DNA of 32,000 nt from Halomicrobium mukohataei DSM 12286 (GTDB lineage Archaea; Halobacteriota; Halobacteria; Halobacteriales; Haloarculaceae): positions 2,850,001 to 2,882,000 of the forward strand of contig NC_013202.1 in NCBI RefSeq assembly GCF_000023965.1, given 5' to 3'. How positions within the stretch are numbered: position 1 is the stretch's first letter; every line of letters begins with the position of its first letter. Below, piece by piece: positions 22,437 through 29,763 of this stretch. Position numbers and translations under genes: made by a program. Under the pieces are notes generated by a model. The model worked only from the letters and a program-made list of their open reading frames with translations. It was not told the origin of the DNA and did no database searches.

Positions 22437-23591
22437 CTACAGGTCGTCTTCGTCGGTGCTACCGTCGCCAGGGGCGTTGCCACCGTCACCGAACTCCTGG
22501 TCCATCTCCTCGATAGCCTCGTTGGCGTCGACGATACCCGAGTCTTCGCCGTGTTTGATCTTCTGGGCCTGCTGTTCCATCTCCTCGACGTCGACGTCGG
22601 CCTCCGCGTCGATCTGACCGAGGATCTTCTCGATGTCGTCGAGGCCGAGCATCTCGCGGGCCTCCTCGTCGAACTCCAGACCCTCCAGCACGTGGCCGTT
22701 CTCCTTCACGTCCGAGCCGGTGAGGTGCTTGCCGTACCGGCCCACCAGTGACGTGAGCTCCTGGGGCAGGATGAAGGTCGTCGACTCGCTGCCGCCGATC
22801 CCTTCCAGCGTCTCCATGCCCTTGTCGATAATCGCGCGTTCGCCCATCGACTCGGCGGATTTCGCGCGTAGCACCGTCGAAATCGCGTCACCCTGCGCCT
22901 CGAGGATCTGGCTCTGCTTCTCACCCTGTGCGCGGATGATGTTGGACTGCTTGTCACCTTCCGCCGTCTCGACGGCGGAGCGCCGTTCACCCTGGGCTTC
23001 CAGGATCATGGCACGGCGTTTCCGCTCCGCGGAGGTCTGTTGCTCCATGGCCCGCTGGACGTCCTTCGAGGGGTTGACCTCGCGGACCTCGACAGACTCG
23101 ACGCGGATCCCCCACTCGTCGGTGGGTTCGTCCAGTTCCTGGCGGATGCGGGAGTTGATCTCGCCGCGCTTGTTCAGCGTGTCGTCCAGTTCCATGTCAC
23201 CCAGTACGGCCCGCAGCGTCGTCTGGGCGAGGTTCGACGTGGCTCGCTCGTAGTTCTCGACCTCGAGGAACGCCTTCTTCGGGTCCATCACCTTGATGTA
23301 GACGACGGCGTCGGCGGTCACCGGGGAGTTGTCCCGGGTGATCGCTTCCTGCCGGGGCACGTCGAGTGTCTGGGTTCGCATGTCGAACCGCGTCACGTCC
23401 GACACGAACGGGTAGATGAAGTGGATCCCCTGATCGAGGAGGCCACGATACGAACCGAGGACCGTGTACGCACCCTGCTGGTACGGGCGGATGATGACGA
23501 TGCTCGAATACACCAGTGCGACGGCGAGCAGGAGGAAGACCACTGCGACGAACAGGAGTCCCCCTCCTTGGAGGACGACACTTGGAAGCAT
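22437..23591 (-). CDS. SPFH/band-7 (stomatin/prohibitin-like) membrane protein
   Basis: 384 aa. N-terminal TM segment, then the SPFH core (IIRPYQQGAYTVLGSYRGLLDQGIHFIYPF...RDNSPVTADAVVYIKV...LRAVLGDMELD), a coiled-coil region AERKRRAMILEAQGER, and an acidic tail. Confidence 0.9.
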   Translation of the reverse strand: MLPSVVLQGGGLLFVAVVFLLLAVALVYSSIVIIRPYQQGAYTVLGSYRGLLDQGIHFIYPFVSDVTRFDMRTQTLDVPRQEAITRDNSPVTADAVVYIKVMDPKKAFLEVENYERATSNLAQTTLRAVLGDMELDDTLNKRGEINSRIRQELDEPTDEWGIRVESVEVREVNPSKDVQRAMEQQTSAERKRRAMILEAQGERRSAVETAEGDKQSNIIRAQGEKQSQILEAQGDAISTVLRAKSAESMGERAIIDKGMETLEGIGGSESTTFILPQELTSLVGRYGKHLTGSDVKENGHVLEGLEFDEEAREMLGLDDIEKILGQIDAEADVDVEEMEQQAQKIKHGEDSGIVDANEAIEEMDQEFGDGGNAPGDGSTDEDDL

Positions 23592-23678
23592 ATCGTCCCA
23601 ACCTCGGGGTGGCTAAAAGAAAAGCCTTCGGTCGTCGTGACAGGTAGTTTCCGCTTACAGATCGCACACGGTGACCGT

Positions 23679-24251
23679 TCAGGCGGCGTCGGACTCGGCG
23701 TCTGGGTCGAACTCGCGTTCCGGTTCGGCGTCGGTCACTGACTGTTCGCGGTCGGTTTCGAGCTGTCGGTCGATCGCGTCACCGCCCGAGACGGCCTCGA
23801 CGGTGACGACGTTGCCGCCGCCGGGATCGACGACCATCACTTCCGCGCCCTCTTCGATCTCACCGTCGACGCTGCGAGCCTGGTAGTAGGGGTTGAAGCC
23901 GGCGTCCTGAAGCTTCACTTCCCCGTCGGTCTGGGTGACTCGCTCGGTGACGCGGCCGAACTTGCCCCGCAGCGAGTTCGAGTCGAGCGTCTGTGCAGAG
24001 CCTTCGCCGTCGTAGATGTCGAGGCGACGGTACCCCCACAGGGTCAGACCGGTGGCCACGAGGACGGCGGCGGCGAGCACGAGAATCCCGAGCGCCCCCC
24101 CGACCGGCGAGAAGAGCCCGACGACGCCCGCCGTCAGGAGCGCGACGCCCAGAACGAAGAAGTGTGCGCCCGGAGCGACCGCTTCGGCGACGAGCAACAG
24201 GGCCCCTCCGACGAAGAGGAGCGTCGAGAGCGATTCGCTGAGCAGAGACAT
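23679..24251 (-). CDS. NfeD-family membrane protein (stomatin partner)
   Basis: 190 aa. Has 3 hydrophobic segments followed by a soluble OB-like C-terminal domain (GKFGRVTERVTQTDGEVKL...GAEVMVVD). It lies directly upstream of the SPFH gene, the classic NfeD-stomatin pairing. Confidence 0.8.
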   Translation of the reverse strand: MSLLSESLSTLLFVGGALLLVAEAVAPGAHFFVLGVALLTAGVVGLFSPVGGALGILVLAAAVLVATGLTLWGYRRLDIYDGEGSAQTLDSNSLRGKFGRVTERVTQTDGEVKLQDAGFNPYYQARSVDGEIEEGAEVMVVDPGGGNVVTVEAVSGGDAIDRQLETDREQSVTDAEPEREFDPDAESDAA

Positions 24252-24275
24252 ACGCGACCTACGGCCTCCGGCGGA

Positions 24276-24665
24276 TTAAGTCTCCGGGGTCAGGAGTCCG
24301 AAGAAGCCGAAAGACAGCAGAGCGACGGCGAGGAGTCCGCCGCCGAGTACGAGCACGTTCTGGAGCGACGAGACGAAGCCGGGTGAGAGCATGGCCGCGA
24401 ACCCGAACACCGCGAGGTAGACGCCGAGAACGACGAAGAGAGCGTTCTCGCGGCTCGCCGCCTCGGGTTCGATCGGCCCGGCCGACAGCAGACTCCCGGC
24501 GACGTTGCCGCCAGCGTCGGACTCGCTCTCGTCGACCAGCGGTTCCGGTACGTCCTCACTCGACAGCTCGACCGCCTCGTCGTGGCCGTTCGTCGCGGTC
24601 TCCGCGTCGGGGCCGACCTCGTCGACCGAGAACTTCCAGTCGTCGGAGTCGGCGTCGTTTGCCAT
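24276..24665 (-). CDS. Hypothetical membrane protein with an acidic N-terminal region and two C-terminal TM segments
   Basis: 129 aa. Starts MANDADSDDWKFSVDEVGPD, followed by two hydrophobic helices. High GC3. Only 24 nt upstream of the nfeD start. Confidence 0.65.
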   Translation of the reverse strand: MANDADSDDWKFSVDEVGPDAETATNGHDEAVELSSEDVPEPLVDESESDAGGNVAGSLLSAGPIEPEAASRENALFVVLGVYLAVFGFAAMLSPGFVSSLQNVLVLGGGLLAVALLSFGFFGLLTPET

Positions 24666-24709
24666 ACGCCGTCATTACAGGTGGTGGTACAAAAGCTCCC
24701 TGCGTCCGA

Positions 24710-26836
24710 TCAGTGGATACGGGTGCCCAGTGGCGAGTCCTCGTGAGTCGTCAGCAGGTCGGCGTCGTCGCCGGCCGCGAGGATCATCCCGTTGGATTCG
24801 CGCCCGAACAGCTCCGCTTTCTCCATGTTGGCGAGGAGGACGACCCGCGTTCCGGGGAGCTCGTCCACGTCGTGGAGCCCCTTCAGGCCGGCCACGACCT
24901 GGCGGGTCTCGATCCCGATGTCGACCTCGAGTTCGAGGAGGTTGTCGGAGTCGGCGATGTCCTCGGCGGCGACGATCTGGCCGACGCGCATGTCGACGCC
25001 CTCGAACGCCTCGAAGCCGATGCGCTCGTCTTCGAGCGGTTCGAGTTCGACCGTCTCGTCGCCCTCGTCGTCCTCGTCGCCCTCGTCGTCACTGGCCGCC
25101 TCGACGCGGCGCTGGAGCTGATCGTTCAGCCCCTCGATGTGGTCGTCCTCGACCTGACTGAACAGCTCCGTCGGCTCGTCGAAGTCGGCGGGCGGCGTCG
25201 CCAGTGCGGCGTCGAGCGGGACATCAGCCACGGAGCCCTGTTCGCCGAGCTGTCCCCAGATGCGTTCGGCCTTCTCCGGCAGCACCGGCTGGAGCAGAAC
25301 TGCGACGGCCTTCGAGAGCTGGACGCAGTCCCGGATCACCTGCTGGGCCCGCTCCGGATCGTCGTCGACGAGGTTCCAGGGCTCGTTGCGCTGGATGTAC
25401 TCGTTGCCGAAGTCGGCGAGTTCGACGCCCACGTCGGCGAGGGCTCGCAGTTCGTAGTCGTCGACCGCGTCCTCGAAGGTCTCGATGGCGTCCTCGATGC
25501 GCTCGCGCACGTCGTCGCTGATCTCGGTGTCGGGCGTGCCGCCGTAGTTGCGCTTCGCGAACAGCAGCGACCGGTAGAGGAAGTTCCCGACGTTGCCGAC
25601 GAGTTCGCCGTTGACTCGCTCGGCGAAGCGGTCCCACGAGAAGTCCACGTCGGTCTCGATGCCCGACCCGGAGACGATGTAGTAGCGGAACAGGTCGGGG
25701 TGAAAGCCCGCGTCGAGGTACTCGTCGGCCCACACCGCGCGGTTCCGGGAGGTCGAGAGGGAGTTGCCGTCGATGTTGACGAACCCGGTCGCGAGGATCG
25801 CGCGGGGTTCGTTGTAGCCCGCACCCCGGAGCATGGCCGGCCAGAAGACGGCATGGTGCTGGATGATGTCCCGGCCGATCACGTGGACGATCTCGCCGGC
25901 CTCGTCGGTCCAGTCGTCGTCCCAGTCGGTGCCGTGACGTTCCTCGCCGCCGAGCTTCCAGACGGACTCCCAGTCGTAGGTGTCCTCGCCGACCCGCTCG
26001 GTGTACTGCTTCGTGGAGGCGACGTACTCGATCGGGGCGTCGACCCAGACGTACAGCACGAGGTCCTCCTCGGTCTCCTCGTCGTCTGCGTCTGTCGGAT
26101 AGTCGACCCCCCAGTCGATGTCCCGCGTGATACAGAGGTCCTGCAGGTCGCCCTCGACCCACTCGCGGGGCTGGTTCTGTGCGTTGTCGGTGCCGTCGAG
26201 GCGGTCGAGAAAGCCCTGGAGGTACTCCTGGAAGTCGTTCAGGCGCAGGAACTTGTGTTCGCGGGTGCGGTACTCGGCGGGGTTGCCCGTCCGCGTCGAG
26301 ACGGGGTCCTCGATCTCGCCGGGTTCGAGGTGGCGCTGACACCCCTCGTCGCACTCGTCGCCACGCGCCCGTTCGCCGCAGTACGGGCAGGTGCCCTCGA
26401 CGAGGCGGTCCGGGAGCCACTGGTCGGCTTCGGGGTCGTAGCCCACCTGGATCTCCTTCTCGTAGACGTGGTCCTGCTCGACCCACGAGCGGACGAACTC
26501 CTGTGTGAGTTCCTGGTTCGTGTCGTCGTGGGTGTGACCGTAGTTGTCGAACTCGACGTTGAACTGCGGGAAGGTCTCGGCGTAGGTCTCGTGGTACTCC
26601 AGCGCGTACGCCTCGGGATCGACGCCCTCCTCGCCCGCGTTGACGACGATCGGCGTGCCGTGCATGTCCGAGCCACAGACGAACGCGGTCTGTTGGCCGA
26701 CGCGCCGGAGCGCGCGAGCGTACACGTCGCCGTTGACGTAGCCACGCAGGTGGCCGACGTGCAGGTCGCCGTTCGCGTAGGGCAACCCGACCGTCACCAC
26801 TGCGGGATTGTCGGTGGGGAACTGCTGGTCGCTCAT
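24710..26836 (-). CDS. metG: Methionine--tRNA ligase with a C-terminal EMAP/Trbp111-type tRNA-binding domain
   Basis: 708 aa. HIGH-region PYANGDLHVGHLRGY. Zinc knuckle CPYCGERARGDECDEGC. KMSKS-equivalent LSTSRNRA. The C-terminal OB domain reads VDMRVGQIVAAEDIADSDNLLELEVDIG...GMILAAG. Confidence 0.95.
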   Translation of the reverse strand: MSDQQFPTDNPAVVTVGLPYANGDLHVGHLRGYVNGDVYARALRRVGQQTAFVCGSDMHGTPIVVNAGEEGVDPEAYALEYHETYAETFPQFNVEFDNYGHTHDDTNQELTQEFVRSWVEQDHVYEKEIQVGYDPEADQWLPDRLVEGTCPYCGERARGDECDEGCQRHLEPGEIEDPVSTRTGNPAEYRTREHKFLRLNDFQEYLQGFLDRLDGTDNAQNQPREWVEGDLQDLCITRDIDWGVDYPTDADDEETEEDLVLYVWVDAPIEYVASTKQYTERVGEDTYDWESVWKLGGEERHGTDWDDDWTDEAGEIVHVIGRDIIQHHAVFWPAMLRGAGYNEPRAILATGFVNIDGNSLSTSRNRAVWADEYLDAGFHPDLFRYYIVSGSGIETDVDFSWDRFAERVNGELVGNVGNFLYRSLLFAKRNYGGTPDTEISDDVRERIEDAIETFEDAVDDYELRALADVGVELADFGNEYIQRNEPWNLVDDDPERAQQVIRDCVQLSKAVAVLLQPVLPEKAERIWGQLGEQGSVADVPLDAALATPPADFDEPTELFSQVEDDHIEGLNDQLQRRVEAASDDEGDEDDEGDETVELEPLEDERIGFEAFEGVDMRVGQIVAAEDIADSDNLLELEVDIGIETRQVVAGLKGLHDVDELPGTRVVLLANMEKAELFGRESNGMILAAGDDADLLTTHEDSPLGTRIH

Positions 26837-26935
26837 ATCGGTTCGATACCGCCGTGGCTGTGGAAAGTGTGCCGATTTGCAGCCGCGCGTTCGCCGCCGT
26901 CGGTGCCAGCGGAAAACGCCCCGCGGCCGGCGGTG

Positions 26936-27505
26936 TCAGAAGATCGTGAAAAAGCCCGCGGCGAGCCCGATCGTCACGACCAGCCGACCGGCGCTACCGA
27001 AGAAGGTGGCAGTCGCGAACTTGAGGTAGTCGTCTTCGAGGATCGAGAACGCGTAGATCGAGATCGTGTCGGGGAAGAAAGGCACACACAGCGCCAGCGC
27101 GAGGCCGGCGTAGCCGTACTTCTTGGCGATCGAGACCGTCTTGCGTTCGGACCAGCCCAGAATGTCGAACCGGGACCGCTCCAGCAGAGAGAGCAGTGGC
27201 CCGTACTCTTTGGTCTCTTGGCCGATGTGGAAAGCAAAGATACTACCCAGCGCCTTGCCCGCCCCGCTGACGACGATGATGACGGCGATCGTCGCCGGTT
27301 CCGAGAGGCCGAGGCGCAGCGTCCCGCTGGGAGCCAGGACGACCTCGCTCGGGAACGGCAACAGGAACGCGATCAGGAACGAGTAGACGGCGATGATCAG
27401 CAGTCCGAACGGCCCGGTCGCCGTACAGACCGCCTCTTCGAGTCCCGTCGGATCTGTCGCTGTTCCGCATTCAGACAGAAACAGTACGAACCCATCGAAC
27501 ACCAC
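26936..27505 (-). CDS. DedA/VTT (SNARE-associated) family membrane protein
   Basis: 189 aa. Multiple TM segments and a DedA-like PFPSEVVL motif. The start is a GTG, since no upstream in-frame ATG exists, so its position is uncertain. Confidence 0.7.
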   Translation of the reverse strand: MVFDGFVLFLSECGTATDPTGLEEAVCTATGPFGLLIIAVYSFLIAFLLPFPSEVVLAPSGTLRLGLSEPATIAVIIVVSGAGKALGSIFAFHIGQETKEYGPLLSLLERSRFDILGWSERKTVSIAKKYGYAGLALALCVPFFPDTISIYAFSILEDDYLKFATATFFGSAGRLVVTIGLAAGFFTIF

Positions 27506-27653
27506 TGACAGGGCCTAACGTGAGGGGCGTAGTAAGTGTTGATATGTCGCGTCGGTATCGCTCTATACTCTCGGTCGCCGTCGTACGCTGTAACGTCGTG
27601 GCGAGATCCGCAACTCGGGTGGCGAAATCGGTCACAGATGTCCGTCGACGGTG

Positions 27654-28703
27654 TCAGTACCAGTCCAGATCGGCGACGAAAGAGCGCAGCATCGAGCGGG
27701 TGACATGGGGCATACAGACGACGCGCATCTCGCCGCTGCCGGTCTTGGAGACCCGCCAGCCGCGGTCGCGTAGCTCCGTCGTCATCGGGATCGAGAGGTC
27801 CGCCGCGACGAGTGGCAGTTCGGGACCGATCACGTCGTGGCCCCGCACGTCGAGTTGTTCGGCGAGCCACTCGGCGTTGCCCATCGCCCGCTCGTAGGTC
27901 TCGCGGTAGCCATCCCGCCAGAGGGCGTCCATGGCGGCGACGGCGCTGGCGACGCCGGCCCCGGAGCGCGTCCCGGTCAGCGTGACCTGACTCCGCGATT
28001 CAAGATACGGCGTATCGATCGCCAGCTCGTCGAGGAGATCGGGCGAGCGCGCGAGCAGTCCGCCCGCCGGCACTGCGGCCTGCCCCACCTTGTGTGGGTC
28101 GATCGTCAGCGTGTCGACGTCGGCGTGTCCGAAGTGCCAGTCGTGGTCGGTAAAGGGGAGGTAGAAGCCGCCCCACGCCGCGTCGACGTGACAGAGCGCG
28201 CCGACCGCGTCTGCGAGGTCGGCGACCGCCGGGATCGGATCGACGTAGCCGTACTCGGTGGTGCCGGCCACGCCGACGACGGCGACAGTGTCGTCGTCCG
28301 CGAGGTGGGTCATGGCGTCCATGTCCGCCCGGTAGTCGGTCGCGGGCGCGGTCCGAAGCTCGACGCCGAGCAGCTCCGCGGCCTTGGTAAACGAGAAGTG
28401 AGCGTGTTCCGGCGCGACGACGTTGGGGTCGTCGGTGTCGCCGCGGTTGCGCGCGATCCGGATCGCCTGCACGTTCGCCTCGGTGCCGCCGCTGGTGACG
28501 TAGCCCGCGGGATCGCCGAGGCCGGCGATCGTTCCCAGTCGCTCGACGGCCTCGCGTTCGAGGTCGGCGACCGTCTCGTAGGTGCCCGGATCGCCGGGAT
28601 TCGTCGCGAGGAACCGCTCGGCCGCCTTCCGAGCCGTCGGATGAGGTTCGGTACACATCGACGAGAGGACACGTTCGAACGACTGGGGCTCGGCCCGCTG
28701 CAT
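27654..28703 (-). CDS. mfnA: PLP-dependent L-tyrosine/L-aspartate decarboxylase, MfnA type
   Basis: 349 aa. Motifs are [31 protein letters not shown] and the PLP-lysine motif IDPHKVG. A CTAAAG box lies about 27 nt upstream of the ATG. Confidence 0.85.
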   Translation of the reverse strand: MQRAEPQSFERVLSSMCTEPHPTARKAAERFLATNPGDPGTYETVADLEREAVERLGTIAGLGDPAGYVTSGGTEANVQAIRIARNRGDTDDPNVVAPEHAHFSFTKAAELLGVELRTAPATDYRADMDAMTHLADDDTVAVVGVAGTTEYGYVDPIPAVADLADAVGALCHVDAAWGGFYLPFTDHDWHFGHADVDTLTIDPHKVGQAAVPAGGLLARSPDLLDELAIDTPYLESRSQVTLTGTRSGAGVASAVAAMDALWRDGYRETYERAMGNAEWLAEQLDVRGHDVIGPELPLVAADLSIPMTTELRDRGWRVSKTGSGEMRVVCMPHVTRSMLRSFVADLDWY

Positions 28704-28744
28704 CAGTTACGGACACGGACTTGACGACTTTAGGCGTTGTGTTC

Positions 28745-29695
28745 CTACCAGTTCGACGGGCCGATCTTCTTGGTCGCCTTCGCCCGGAGGCCGGCCGGAC
28801 CGACCGAACTCTCGAAGACCGTCTGGCGTTCGGTGTCCAGCGCGCCGCCGAAAGAGCCGACGCGCATGGTCCGATACGTGTCGTGACCCTGGTCGTTCGA
28901 GTAGAAGAAGACCGAGCCGTGGAGCAGTCCGTGGATGTCGGGATCGCTCCGCACGTCGGCGGCCCGGCGTTCGTAGACCACGTAGGCGATCCCGTCCCAG
29001 CCGACGACCGCTTCGCGCAACCCCAGCAGGAAGCCGAGCACGGCGCTGCGATCGAGCCCGAAGTTCGTCGCCAGGAGGAGGTCCGAGAGCCCGTCGATCA
29101 CGAGGATCGCGTCGTCGCCGCTGTCGGCGACGTACTCGCTGATCTCGTCGAGCAAGGCGGACACGTCGTCGGCGTCGTCGGTCTCCGTCGAGCGCTCGTC
29201 CGGCAGCGTCACGTCGTCGAGCAGCCCGGCGACCCCGCTGTCGTCGTCTTCGGTCGGCGCGGGCACGTCCTCGCGGCGCTGGTCGTACAGCGACGCGGGC
29301 ACGTCGACGGCCGAGAGGAACTGCTGGGAGAAGTCGGCGACGGTGAGGTGGTCGGTCAGGATCTCGAACTGCTCGGAGTCGAGGACGGCGTCGAGTTCGC
29401 TGTAGATGTGTTCCCGGTCGTGAGTCAACGAGACGTAGCTGACGCGCTCGGGGATCGCCTCGCGCGCGTCGCCGAGCCGTCGGGGGTACAGCGCCGGCTC
29501 GTGTTTCGCGAGCGCGAGCGAGGCGAGGCTCGTGTACAGGAAGGCGTGGCTGCCGGCGTCGGGTGCGCCCGCGAGCAGCACTGCGCTACCGGTCGGGATA
29601 CCTCTGACGGCACCGTCCAGTCCCGGGATGCCGAACGGGACGTACTCGACTCCCGCACTGACGCTCTTGGCCTCGGGTGGCGAGAGGTCGTCCAT
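28745..29695 (-). CDS. KaiC/RAD55/RecA-superfamily-like protein with a degenerate Walker A (predicted pseudo-ATPase)
   Basis: 316 aa from MDDLSPPEAKSV. FGIPGLDGAVRGIPTGSAVLLAGAPDAGSHAFL aligns by eye to the KaiC/RadA pattern GIPGLD....G.PGtGKT, but the Lys-Thr is replaced by Ser-His. The Walker B-like ILVIDGLSDLL is retained. The 955-aa track ORF is a spurious extension in this frame across ppsA. Confidence 0.7.
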   Translation of the reverse strand: MDDLSPPEAKSVSAGVEYVPFGIPGLDGAVRGIPTGSAVLLAGAPDAGSHAFLYTSLASLALAKHEPALYPRRLGDAREAIPERVSYVSLTHDREHIYSELDAVLDSEQFEILTDHLTVADFSQQFLSAVDVPASLYDQRREDVPAPTEDDDSGVAGLLDDVTLPDERSTETDDADDVSALLDEISEYVADSGDDAILVIDGLSDLLLATNFGLDRSAVLGFLLGLREAVVGWDGIAYVVYERRAADVRSDPDIHGLLHGSVFFYSNDQGHDTYRTMRVGSFGGALDTERQTVFESSVGPAGLRAKATKKIGPSNW

Positions 29696-29763
29696 ACGAC
29701 CACTCCACCGCGCCGGCTGAAAACAGTATCCCCGAAACGCGGTCGGAAAGCCGACTCGGGTCG

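Noticed and set aside
23592-23678. 87-nt gap between nfeD and the SPFH gene as a possible small RNA locus
   Set aside because: It contains only a TATA-like CTTTTAG at leaderless distance from the SPFH ATG. I found no substantial stem-loops or repeats, so an internal promoter explains it adequately.
26837-26860. GGTTCGATACC, reminiscent of a tRNA T-arm
   Set aside because: The flanking 5-mers (ATCGG / CCGCC) cannot form a T-stem. No acceptor or anticodon arms can be drawn, and the segment abuts the metG start. No tRNA is called anywhere in the window.
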